Made by a program: the position numbers and the translations under genes. Positions 42,392-51,800 of a DNA stretch of 64,000 nucleotides are shown here, one piece after another. Positions within the stretch are counted from its first letter, which is position 1. Every line of letters begins with the position of its first letter. The notes under the pieces are model-generated. The model ran no database searches. It saw only the letters and a list, made by a program, of their open reading frames with translations, and was not told the DNA's origin. The stretch covers positions 1-64,000 of the forward strand of contig CAWCPV010000007.1 in the NCBI GenBank assembly GCA_963797555.1. The letters are read 5' to 3'. The DNA is from an uncultured Gammaproteobacteria bacterium (GTDB taxonomy: Bacteria; Pseudomonadota; Gammaproteobacteria; CAWCPV01).

Positions 42392-43358
42392 ATGGCCGTA
42401 TTCAAGCTGGGTTCGCGAGGCGAGGAGGTGCGCGCCATTCAACGCAAGCTCACGGAGTTGGGCGATTACCGGGGCCCCCTCGACGGCGACTTCGGGGGCG
42501 GGACGCAGGCTGCCGTGGCCGCATTCCAGCAGCGCAAAGGCCTGGAGCCGGACGGCAGCGTTGGATCGCAGACCTGGACGGCGCTTTTCGGGACCCAAAT
42601 CCCCGCTCCCGCCATCGGGACTCAGGCTCTCGTCTACCGTTGTCTTGCGCTCACCGGGACGTTCGAAACGGGAACCGCAGCCCCTGATTGCTTCTGCGGC
42701 ATCAGCGGCGACTTCGACGGCCAGGGCATCAGCTTCGGGGTGCTGCAGTGGAACTTCGGCCAGGGGTCGCTCCAGCCGCTGGTGAAGGACATGATGGACC
42801 GGCACCCGGAACGTCATCCGCGCAGTCTTCGGCGAATCCTATGAGCCCTTTGTCGAAGCCCTCAACTCCACCGGAGAAGAACTGCTCAACTTTGCGCGCT
42901 CCGTTCAGCACCCCGTCACGCACGGGATCTTCGAACCCTGGCGGGGATTCGCCAAATCGCTCGGGCGCACCCCCGAGTTCCAGGCCATCGAAACCGAGCA
43001 TGCTCAGGGCGTCTTTCAGCGGGCCTCGGCGTTGTCCCAAGAGTACGGATTATGGAGCGAGCGGGCTGTCGCTCTCATGTTCGACATCGTGACGCAAAAC
43101 GGCGGCATCGACCGCGTCACAAAGGCGCGCATCATGGCTGAGATCCAGGCGTTGCCGGCCACACTTTCCGACGAGGATCGGGAAACGCACAAGATGGAGA
43201 TCATCGCAAACCGCAGGGCGGAAGCGGCGAATCCGCGCTGGGTGGACAACGTCCGGGTCCGCAAGCTCTGCATCGCCCGCGGACAAGGCACCGTGCACGG
43301 GATTCCCTACCACCTCGACGATCAGTTCGGGATCGGGCTCAGGAGATACGCCGCCTGA
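42392..43358 (+). CDS. Peptidoglycan-binding domain + putative lysozyme-like hydrolase, frameshift near 42810
   Basis: GSRGEEV..IQ..L...DGDFG..T.AAV..FQ...GL..DG.VG..TW (PG_binding_1), then FETG...GDFDGQGISFGVLQWN.GQG. Confidence 0.7.
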
Positions 43359-43534
43359 GATCTGCCGGTTAGGATTGTTCGCGGGCGGGCGGCACGGAGT
43401 CTGTTCCCAAGAAAGATGTTCGCTCGATGGCCCTGGTCTGGCCGCGCTTGCACGGTCAGACCAGGGGGTTGACGCGGACGTATGACTGTTCCGAGCCCCT
43501 AGCAGCCCGGCGCCGTGCACTTGAGGGTGCAGTA

Positions 43535-43625
43535 GCGGGCATCACGTAGCAGGGAAGGCGGGCCATGGCGGTTCAGGTCGTGAAGTGACTGCACGATGGA
43601 TAGCACAAATATCGTGTCTGACCCC
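43535..43625 (-). mobile_element. Remnant of a Y1 (RAYT/IS200-like) transposase element
   Basis: End GGGGTCAGAC (minus strand, 43625-43616), then ATG 43566 giving MARLPCYVMP, like the MARLPRYVLPG start of REP-associated tyrosine transposases. Truncated immediately after. Confidence 0.45.
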
Positions 43626-43639
43626 ATTACGCTTTCCCA

Positions 43640-43729
43640 TTACGCTTTCGCTGCATACGCTGTCGGCGCAGACATGAACAAAGCCGTAAGACATATAGCC
43701 ATCAATGATTTAAGATGTACGCGTTTCAT
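43640..43729 (-). pseudogene. Integron cassette 6 gene, truncated after the signal peptide
   Basis: GTTAGGC core, GGAG RBS, MKRVHLKSLMAICLTALFMSAPTAYAAKA*; no attC follows. Confidence 0.6.
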
Positions 43730-43754
43730 CTTGCTTCTCCTATCTGATTGAGCG

Positions 43755-43825
43755 GCCTAACGCCAGAATTCAGCCGACCCGGCGCGGCTCTATCGCGCCG
43801 GGTCGGCTGGAATGACTAGTTAGGC
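43755..43825 (-). other. attC site (cassette 5)
   Basis: GCCTAAC...CAGCCGACCCGGCGCG/CGCGCCGGGTCGGCTG...GTTAGGC imperfect palindrome. Confidence 0.9.
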
Positions 43826-44430
43826 CGGTACGTTAATCGGAAATGTTGGGCAACGATAGAAATGTTGCACGACCTACCCGGCTTAACGGGGGTTGTGGCA
43901 TGAAATGTCCGGACAAGCCAATCAGGGGCACCCTCGTTCACATACCTATAGGTATCTTCGCATCCCGTCCTGCACAGTGCATTCGACGAACTCGGTCCCA
44001 CATTGCATCCCCGGTTACAACCCTTCCTTGAGTTCATGCAGTCTAGCTGACAGTCATAGTGCTCCGGTTTCCCCCCAGACCAGCCACCAGAATCACGCGA
44101 TGCGCCACTATGTCCGGTGGGAGGTAGTCCAGCACACATTCCAATGCAGTCTATATTTTCAGAACTAATGCGATCAGGATATTCCTGATTACACCAAAGC
44201 GGACAGGCCTTGTCCAATCGTCCTTGTAACTCGGAAGACAAGGGATTGCCCTTGCTGCATTCGTTCCGAAGCGTACCTATGTCCAGCTGATACATCCCGT
44301 TCAGCGAAGGAAGCCTCGACCTCATCCTGGCGTCTTGTACTGCTTGAGGAACTGGATACCTAAAAGGCTCCGCTTGTGCCTGAATTGCAAGAAGAAGCCA
44401 AAATCCAATTGCTATAAAGTAACGTATCAT
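43816..44430 (-). CDS. Cassette 5: secreted Cys-rich hypothetical protein
   Basis: AGGAGG RBS, signal peptide ending AQA, several CxxxC motifs; reads into attC. Confidence 0.75.
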   Translation of the reverse strand: MIRYFIAIGFWLLLAIQAQAEPFRYPVPQAVQDARMRSRLPSLNGMYQLDIGTLRNECSKGNPLSSELQGRLDKACPLWCNQEYPDRISSENIDCIGMCAGLPPTGHSGASRDSGGWSGGKPEHYDCQLDCMNSRKGCNRGCNVGPSSSNALCRTGCEDTYRYVNEGAPDWLVRTFHATTPVKPGRSCNISIVAQHFRLTYRPN

Positions 44431-44460
44431 TCTTCCTCCTATGCATCGTTCGGGCGTTCT

Positions 44461-44523
44461 TCCTAACGACAAGCTAACCGGCGCGCGGCCTTATCGCGCG
44501 TCCGGTTGAGCGGCTTGTTAGGC
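44461..44523 (-). other. attC site (cassette 4)
   Basis: TCCTAAC..AAGCTAACCGGCGCG/CGCGTCCGGTTGAGC..GTTAGGC. Confidence 0.9.
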
Positions 44524-44579
44524 TGCCTTGGCCGCTTGCTTGAATGCAAGACCGGATCGTATTTTTGGAGTTCACTATA

Positions 44580-45062
44580 TTACGGTTGTGCTACAGGGGC
44601 AGCGAAACAAGCATTAACATAGCGGTCTGCCAGTATCCAAAGCCCGTTGACCAAAATTTGAGTTCCATAGACATCTCGTCCTATAAGAACATATGGCTGT
44701 CTGTCGCCGACGGTCAGTAGTATAAATTTCTCGGCACCTGAATACCCGCCATAACTGTTCCTGGCGTTGACCATACCACAAGTGTTGCCATTTGCTGATC
44801 TAATCGACGAAAATCGTGCACTATCGGGATCCTTTAAATGAGCCTTAACGATAGCCAAATGCATTTTGATTTCAGATTCACCTTTAGCATTAGAATGATT
44901 GTTTGTACTCCCAATCTCTTTTTGATCACCCTCATCACATTGTACTTGTTGATATACGATTAATCCGTCTGGTTTTGTGCATTTGTAAGCTCCAACCGCG
45001 ATCATTGGAACCAATGAAATTGCAATGGCGCAGAACAATTTTATTTTGTTCATCTTTCTCAT
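44580..45062 (-). CDS. Cassette 4: exported protein (DUF4124-like N-terminus + 'LKDPDSA' domain)
   Basis: Signal peptide, YKCTKPDG.IVYQQ.QC and LKDPDSARF...CGMVNARNSYGGYSG; low GC. Confidence 0.75.
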   Translation of the reverse strand: MRKMNKIKLFCAIAISLVPMIAVGAYKCTKPDGLIVYQQVQCDEGDQKEIGSTNNHSNAKGESEIKMHLAIVKAHLKDPDSARFSSIRSANGNTCGMVNARNSYGGYSGAEKFILLTVGDRQPYVLIGRDVYGTQILVNGLWILADRYVNACFAAPVAQP

Positions 45063-45178
45063 CTCCCTCTGTTTAGGAAATTCAATGGGGAGGTGGTAGG
45101 CAGAGTATTGTCCCCGTCGGGAGTTCGCAGAAAGGGAACAAGCTCATGATGGAAGACGATGCACCGTATGGGACTGGT

Positions 45179-45271
45179 TCCTAACGCCTCACATCACCGG
45201 CAGCAAAAAGCAGAGCGACGAGGAACGAGGAGCGGCGCTTTTTGCTGTCCGAGTGTATGTGATTGTTAGGC
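45179..45271 (-). other. attC site (cassette 3)
   Basis: TCCTAAC...CAGCAAAAAGC/GCTTTTTGCTG...GTTAGGC; the ORF stop TAA lies in the inverse core. Confidence 0.9.
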
Positions 45272-45853
45272 ATTTTCTTCGAATAGATTCAATAGCTTAT
45301 TTTCTTTTGTGCGGACTATGCCTGTTTGTAGAAAAGCAACGAAATCATCCTGTGTGCATTCTAGGGTTTCACATTCTTCGACTGCCGTTTTCTCGTTGTT
45401 TGGACGATAAACCTTGAATCGCACCAAGCCATGATCTATGCGTTGCCTTTTTACAACCAACCCATCAACGATTTCTTCTATTGGTTTTGACTTTCCTTTT
45501 TGATGAATTATTTTTAATTCCTTGTTTTGAACTTCAACTGTTTCGTAATTTACATAGCCTGAAGAAGATGCAAATTGCACTTGCACACTAAGTTTTAGGT
45601 CTTTTAAAGCTTCGCCCCATTCTTTATACGCATGTTTGGTATCATGAATAGTATCTCCTTCGTGGAAATCATATAACCGACCCTGCGTCCATAGCATTTC
45701 CTTTTTCTTTGCAAACATTCTTGGTGTCAATTTAATATCAAGCGCTTCCTTAAATGCCTCTGGAACTGCCATTTTCCAGCCAAGCGCAAAGCCATCCTTA
45801 AAGTTAGCAATCAGGGCGTACCCTCTATCATCTCGCCTTGCTTCAATATCCAC
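45266..45853 (-). CDS. Cassette 3, gene 2: cytoplasmic hypothetical protein
   Basis: 195-aa AT-rich ORF; start overlaps the upstream stop; ends in attC. Confidence 0.75.
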   Translation of the reverse strand: MDIEARRDDRGYALIANFKDGFALGWKMAVPEAFKEALDIKLTPRMFAKKKEMLWTQGRLYDFHEGDTIHDTKHAYKEWGEALKDLKLSVQVQFASSSGYVNYETVEVQNKELKIIHQKGKSKPIEEIVDGLVVKRQRIDHGLVRFKVYRPNNEKTAVEECETLECTQDDFVAFLQTGIVRTKENKLLNLFEENA

Positions 45854-46197
45854 TATTTCAACCCCTCTTTCATTAAACGAGCAATCTTCTCTTTTTGACT
45901 TTTAACATTTTTCTTTGCCGTTTCGAGTGCTTTTTCGGATTCCTTGAGCTCTTGAACTAAATATGGGTAGCCAGATTCAGAGATCCATTTCGTTATTTTA
46001 TTGAAGTTTTCTTTTTGCTCTTCATCAAAAAGGATTCTTTCATCGGCTAATACGATTGCCATTTTATGTTTGCAATATTTTCCCCATTCACCAGCGGGGC
46101 AATCACAAAAAATTGATAGCCCAGATTCCGTTGATGAAACTGCTACTGCATACGGCTCATCTCTGCTACTACTTTTTACGAGTATTGTTGTTTCCAT
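45853..46197 (-). CDS. Cassette 3, gene 1: SWIM zinc-finger protein
   Basis: SSSRDEPY.V...IFCDCPAGEWGKYCKH (CxC-n-CxH) plus a coiled-coil tail. Confidence 0.75.
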   Translation of the reverse strand: METTILVKSSSRDEPYAVAVSSTESGLSIFCDCPAGEWGKYCKHKMAIVLADERILFDEEQKENFNKITKWISESGYPYLVQELKESEKALETAKKNVKSQKEKIARLMKEGLK

Positions 46198-46216
46198 GTG
46201 TGCGTTTCTTCTTGAT

Positions 46217-46347
46217 GCCTAACGCTTAGCTTCAGCCGCCCGCCGAGCAACGGAGAGCGGAACGCCGGACACCGCTGAGAGTGAGCAACGCCGCGAACCG
46301 AGGATACCGCAGGCGTAAGGCGGGTCGGCTGCAAGCACGAGTTAGGC
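46217..46347 (-). other. attC site (cassette 2), long variable terminal structure
   Basis: GCCTAAC.CTTAGCTTCAGCCGCCCGCC...GGCGGGTCGGCTGCAAGC..GTTAGGC. Confidence 0.9.
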
Positions 46348-46635
46348 AGGCTTGGATGGACCGCCAGACCGTCAAGTGACCCCCGAGCGTGACCGAGCAG
46401 GGGGTGGACGCTGCCGCCCCAGTCTCACCGAAGCCACCGGCCTACCTCCATCGAGTGCCACGGCGCAGCGGGCACGGCGCGCCTGACCACCGACCCCCCA
46501 AATCCTGTTCTCCGCGGAGCCCCCGAAGCGACCAGCGCCGGTGAGCAGCGCCGCGGGCACCGCCCAGTATCCCACGAAAGGTCCATTCTGCCACGGCGCC
46601 TGCTCCCCGTGAAATTGCTCGGCCGGAAAGCGCGG
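46348..46635 (-). other. Cassette 2: ORF-less, GC-rich cassette body
   Basis: About 290 bp between two attC sites with no RBS-led ORF contained within it. Confidence 0.65.
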
Positions 46636-46691
46636 GCCTAACGTCATGGTCAGCGGCGCCGATAGGCGTCCGCTGCACCTAAAGTTAGAGC
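46636..46691 (-). other. attC site (cassette 1)
   Basis: GCCTAAC..GGTCAGCGGCGCC/GGCGTCCGCTGCACC..GTTAGAGC. Confidence 0.9.
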
Positions 46692-46831
46692 GCAATATCT
46701 CGACACCGGTAAATATTCTCCGCTTTTATCGACGACGGCTTTCGGAGCCAGGGGCGAATCTTCATCAAAGAAGTTGAAGCCCTTTGAGCCACGGTTACGA
46801 TATCTCAACACCGGTACCAGAGACCTCCCAT

Positions 46832-47152
46832 CTATTTCTTTTTTTTAGCGCATTCAACGATGCCGCCCAACAGTCCAGGATACTCGGCGGATTGCCACTC
46901 CCTCTTAATTACCTTGTACTCGCCGCCCTTGCAGGCGGCTGTTGCAGTGCGGTCCCATTTTGCATAGGTGTCTGCTCGATTGCCGGAAAATCCTCCGGCA
47001 GCCGCGATGTCGAATTGGCCGTTTCCGATGTCGGTGATCTCTCCGGTACCTCCACCTGTAAAGGTGTCGCGAACTTTGCCTGTTTGTGAGCAGGCCGTTT
47101 GCGACAACGCCATGACTATCAGAAGAGAAATCGTGCGGGTACTGTTTTTCAT
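46832..47152 (-). CDS. Cassette 1: small lipoprotein
   Basis: GGGAG RBS; MKNSTRTISLLIVMALSQTAC lipobox-like; A...C.G..Y...G.VEC pattern. Confidence 0.75.
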   Translation of the reverse strand: MKNSTRTISLLIVMALSQTACSQTGKVRDTFTGGGTGEITDIGNGQFDIAAAGGFSGNRADTYAKWDRTATAACKGGEYKVIKREWQSAEYPGLLGGIVECAKKKK

Positions 47153-47381
47153 AGTAATTCTCCCTTGGAAAAACCGACGTTGACTCGGACCAAGAAGATT
47201 GTCGGCGTTCTTCATGGTCAACGGAAATGAGTTGAGGGGCGCCGTGTCCGCTGGCGAAGCTACCTTGGTTTCCGGGGTTTTTCGATTCTGCCTGACAATA
47301 GCACGGCGCGTAAGCGAAAATGCATTTGTACTCCGGCGCTTACTTAGGGTAGGAGCGTTACATTTCAAAGAATCCTCGGCC

Positions 47382-47420
47382 TTGCGCTCTAACATGAAGT
47401 CGACACCCTAAGTGGCGCCA
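47382..47420 (-). other. Putative attI; crossover core GTTAGAG at 47393-47387
   Basis: TTGCGCTCTAAC (47382-93) is the exact 12-bp inverse of GTTAGAGCGCAA (46684-95) at the end of cassette 1, and it lies between the array and intI. Confidence 0.7.
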
Positions 47421-47537
47421 CAAATTCGTGCAACGGTGGCATGTAGCGTGCTATCCCTTGTCGGAATCCATTGTGAGGCTTATCATGTAGTCCCCCAAAC
47501 GAACCACTCTCTGCCCCGTCTTATACACCACCCCGTC

Positions 47538-48503
47538 ATGGCCGACAAGCCCCGCCTGCTCGACCAGGTTCGCGAGAAGCTGCGGGTGAAGCATTATGCC
47601 ATCCGCACCGAGCGCGCGTACCTGGAGTGGATCAAACGCTTCATCCGTTTCCACGGCCTCAAACATCCCGCCTCGATGGGGGCGCAGGAGGTGGAGCGGT
47701 TTCTCAGCCATCTGGCGGTGGAGGGCAAGGTGGCGGCCTCGACGCAGAACCAGGCGCTTTCGGCGTTGGTGTTCCTGTACCGGGAGGTGTTGGGAGAGGA
47801 TCTCGGGTGGATGGACGATCTCACCCGCGCGAAGCGCCCGGCCCGGCTCCCGGTGGTGTTGACGCAAGCGGAGACACGGGCGCTCCTGGCGCGCCTGGAT
47901 GGGAGGAGCTGGATCATGGCGAGCCTGCTGTACGGGGCCGGTCTTCGGCTCATGGAGTGCGTGCGGCTGCGGGTGAAGGACGTGGACTTCGAGATGCGAC
48001 AGGTCACGGTGCGCGACGGCAAGGGGCAGAAGGACCGGGTGACGATGCTGCCGCAGTCGGTGGCGGAGCCCCTGCGGGTACACCTCACCAAGGTCAAGGC
48101 GCTGCACGAGGAGGACCTGGAGGCAGGCTTCGGTGAGGTGTACTTGCCGTTCGCGCTCGAGCGGAAGTACCGCGGCGCGCCCCGGGAGTGGGGGTGGCAG
48201 TACGTGTTCCCTGCCTCCCGCCGCTCGATGGATCCGCGTTCCGGCAAGGAGCGCCGGCATCACTTGGACGAGAAGTCCTTGCAGAGAGCGGTCAAAAAGG
48301 CGGTGCGCGAGGCGGGCATCGCCAAGCCCGCGAGCTGCCATACGCTGCGCCACTCCTTTGCCACGCACCTGCTGCAGTCGGGCTATGACATTCGCACGGT
48401 GCAGGAACTGCTCGGCCACAAGGATGTGAGCACGACGATGATCTACACCCACGTCCTCAACCGAGGCGGGAAAGGGGTGCGCAGCCCGCTGGACCAACTG
48501 TGA
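47538..48503 (+). CDS. intI: Integron integrase
   Basis: LLDQVR...[32 protein letters not shown], the integron-specific insert VYLP.ALERKY..A.REW.WQYVFP, and [12 protein letters not shown]...[11 protein letters not shown]...TMIYTHV. Divergent from the array. Confidence 0.95.
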   Translation: MADKPRLLDQVREKLRVKHYAIRTERAYLEWIKRFIRFHGLKHPASMGAQEVERFLSHLAVEGKVAASTQNQALSALVFLYREVLGEDLGWMDDLTRAKRPARLPVVLTQAETRALLARLDGRSWIMASLLYGAGLRLMECVRLRVKDVDFEMRQVTVRDGKGQKDRVTMLPQSVAEPLRVHLTKVKALHEEDLEAGFGEVYLPFALERKYRGAPREWGWQYVFPASRRSMDPRSGKERRHHLDEKSLQRAVKKAVREAGIAKPASCHTLRHSFATHLLQSGYDIRTVQELLGHKDVSTTMIYTHVLNRGGKGVRSPLDQL

Positions 48504-48624
48504 TCCTGCGCGCGGGAGGACGGGGTCCAGCATGGGAGTATGCGGAGTGCTGGGCCTTGCGCTGAGGGTCGGCATGACCGTCAGCGGGGGTGCGGCTCTT
48601 GGCCGGCAGAGACCCGGCGGGTAG

Positions 48625-48683
48625 CATTCGGCACGTCCACAGGAGGCCCGAAGGGGTGGCGTACAGGGAGGTATGCGATGACC
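48625..48683. repeat. ~60-bp REP-like repeat; inverted copy nested in the MITE at 53728-53787
   Basis: CATTCGGCACGTCC.CAGGA.GCCCGAAGGGGTGGCGTACAGGGAGGTA.GC.ATGA matches the reverse complement of 53728-53787. Confidence 0.7.
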
Positions 48684-48816
48684 AGCGCAAGGTATCGCAG
48701 GGGCTGCTCGATGCTGCCGAGCGCGACGCGGCCTCCGGCGGCAGGACGCCGCGCCGTACACCTCCGGGCCGGGCCGCATTCCCCTTCATCCTCCTACCGA
48801 GAGCGGCAAGCGACCC

Positions 48817-51800
48817 ATGGTGAACCTATCGCCCTCCATGACCCCCGGGCTCCTGGTCTACGTGTGGCTGCTCTGGGCGCTCCCGGCCGCGCCGGCGGCG
48901 GGAGCCGAGGCGGCTCCATTGAAGGTCGTCGAGGTCACGGAGCGCAGCTTCGACGGCGGCCCGGCCGCTCGCGGTGATCTTCTCGGAGGAGCTGGACCCC
49001 AAACGGCGCTATGACGATCTCCTCGCCGTGAGCGGGGCCGCGGGGCAAGCCGTCGCCGGGGCCTGGGTGGTCGGGGACAACCCGCGCATTCTGTATTTCC
49101 CCAATGTCCAGCCGGACACCACCTACACCGTGCTGGTACGAGGCGGAGTCACTGCCTCGAGCGGCAGCGTGCTCCCGAGCAGCGTGGAGCGGCAGGTCAA
49201 GACCCGCCCCATCCAGCCCTCCTTCGGCTTCGCCAGCCAGGGCTCGGTGCTTCCCGCGAGACTGACCGAGGGGCTGCCCATCATCACCATCAACGTCCCG
49301 GCCGTGGACATCGAGTTCCTCAAGGTGCGCAGCGACCGCCTGGGCGCCTTCGTTCGCGATTTCCGCCAGTCGCCCACGCAAGGCTACTACGAGCTGGACC
49401 GCATGCGTGCCTACTCGGACAGCGTCTACATGGCGCGCTTCAACACCAACGCCGCTCCCAACAAACGCAGCGTGACCAATATCGCGGTGGAGGACGTCAA
49501 GGAGCTGCAGGCGCCCGGACTGTACGTGGCCATCATGCACGAGCCCGGGCGCTTCGAATCGAATTACAAGACCTCGTTCTTCTTCGTGAGCGACATCGGA
49601 CTGCAGGCCCGCCGTTACTCGCACGGGATGGACGTCTATGCCGCCTCGTTGGCCAAGGGTACGCCCCTGCCCGACGTGAAACTGGCGGTCTACGACGAGA
49701 AGAACCGGCCGTCTCAACCGCTCTACACCGACGCCGACGGCCACGCGCACTTCAGCCTCCTGCCCGACCAACCGGTGCTGCTCACGGCCGAGCGCGAAGG
49801 GCACGTCTCCTTCGTGCCCTTCAACCGGCCCGCGCTGGACCTCTCCGAGTTCGAGGTCGCCGGCCGCACCAACCAGGCGGTGGATCTCTTCGTCTACGGC
49901 CCACGCGATATCTATCGGCCGGGCGAGACGGTGGATGTCGCCGCCCTGCTGCGTGACCAGGACGGGCGCGCGCTGCCTGCGCAGCCGCTCACCGCGAAGC
50001 TCAAGCAGCCGGACGGCCGGATCATCGCGTCGTTCGGCTGGCCGCCGCAAGCGCTCGGTTTCTACAGCGCCAGCCTGCCCCTCCTGGCGGACGCGCCGAC
50101 CGGGACCTGGACCCTGGAGGTGCGCGCCGACCCGGCAGCCAAGCTGCCCACGGCGCTCTACAGCTTCGGCGTGGAGGACTTCCTGCCGGAGCGGCTGAAA
50201 CTGGACCTGGAGGCTCCGGCAGAGGCGCTGCGCAAGGGGCAGGCATTGCGGATTCAGGTCACGGGCGCGTACCTGTACGGATCTCCGGCGGCCGGCAACC
50301 GCGTGACCGCCGTAGCCACCATACGCCGCAACCCCCATCCCGTCGCCAGCCTGCCGGACTTTTTCTTCGGGAGCGCGGACGATGACGAGAAGGTGGTCCG
50401 GCACGACCTGCCCGAGATGAAGCTGGACGGGCAGGGCAAGGGACTGATCCAATTCGTGCCCTTGGAAACCGAGCCCGCCTCGCCGATGGCGGTGAAAGTG
50501 GCCGCGAGCCTGTATGAGTTCGGCGGGCGGCCGGTGACCCGTTCCATCGAAAGGACGGTGTGGCCCGCCGACGCCCTCGTCGGTATCCGCCCCCTGTTCG
50601 ATCCGGACAAGGCGGCCTCCGACACCCGCCTCGAGTTCGAGCTGGTGAAGGCGGACCCGGACGGCCACCGCCTCGCGGGCCGGAGCCTCGCCGTGCGATT
50701 GGTCCGCGAGGACCGGGACTATTACTGGGAGTACGCCGACGATCGCGGCTGGGTGAGCCGCTACAGCGAGGTGAGCTACCCGGTGTACGAAGACACTCTG
50801 AGCCTGGCGGCCGGCGGCACGGTCAAGATGGGTGCCGACGTGAAGTACGGTCAGTACCGGCTGGAGGTGCAGGATCCGGATACCGGGCTGACCAGCAAGT
50901 TCCGCTTTCATGCGGGTTACTGGTATGTGGCGGGCGAGGAACAGAAGCCCACCGCGAAGCCCGACCGCGTGGAGCTGCGCCTGGACAAGGCCGCCTACCG
51001 GCCGGGTGAGGTCGCCAAGGTCACGGTGGTGCCGCCCAACGCGGGCGATGCGCTGGTCACCGTGGAGAGCGATCACCTGCTGTGGTCCACGCGGCGGGCG
51101 GTCGAGGCCAAGGGCGCGCTGTTCGAGATCCCCATCGCATCCGACTGGAACCGTCACGACCTGTACGTGAGCGCCGTGGTGCTGCGGCCCGCCACGGTCG
51201 AGAACAAGATGACGCCGAACCGGGCGATGGGTGTGCTGCACCTGCCCATCGACCGCGGCGACCGGAAGCTCGCCCTCTCGCTGCAGGCCCCGGGCAAAGT
51301 CCAGCCCGAGCGCCCGCTGGAGGTCAAGCTCACGGTCGACGGACTGAAAGGGCAGCCGGCCTACGTCACCCTCGCCGCCGTGGACGTAGGGGTGCTCAGC
51401 GTCACCGACTTCGCGACGCCCGACCCCTTCGCGTACTTCTTCGCGCGCCGCCGCTACGGCGTCGATGTCTACGATCTCTATGGACAGGTCATCGAGCGGA
51501 TGGCCGGCGCGCAGGCCACCCGGCGCTTCGGCGGCGACAACGAGACGCGCCGGGCGGCCGGGAAAGCGCCTCCCGCCAAGGTCAAGATCGTCGCCCTGTT
51601 CAGCGGGCCGGTGGCCGTCAATGACCGGGGCGAGGCGTCCGTGGCACTGCCTATTCCCGACTTCAACGGGCGCCTGCGCTTGATGGCCGTGGCCTTCAGC
51701 GAAGACCGGTTCGCGGCGGCGCAGTCCGAGGTGACCGTGGCCGCCCCGGTGGTGGCGGAGGTGGCGATGCCCCGATTCCTCGGGGCGGGCGATCGCTCGC

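Noticed and set aside
43755-46691. Regularly recurring palindromes as a CRISPR array
   Set aside because: The repeats are dissimilar, separated by gene-sized cassettes, carry RYYYAAC/GTTRRRY cores and sit beside intI. They are attC sites.
46832-47395. 187-aa ORF starting inside attI
   Set aside because: The RBS and lipoprotein signal begin at 47152; the upstream extension has no coding character.
47335-47419. Inverted repeat ACTTAGGGT/ACCCTAAGT straddling the attI crossover
   Set aside because: Only 9 perfect bp. It spans a boundary well defined by 12-bp cassette-end complementarity and is plausibly chance.
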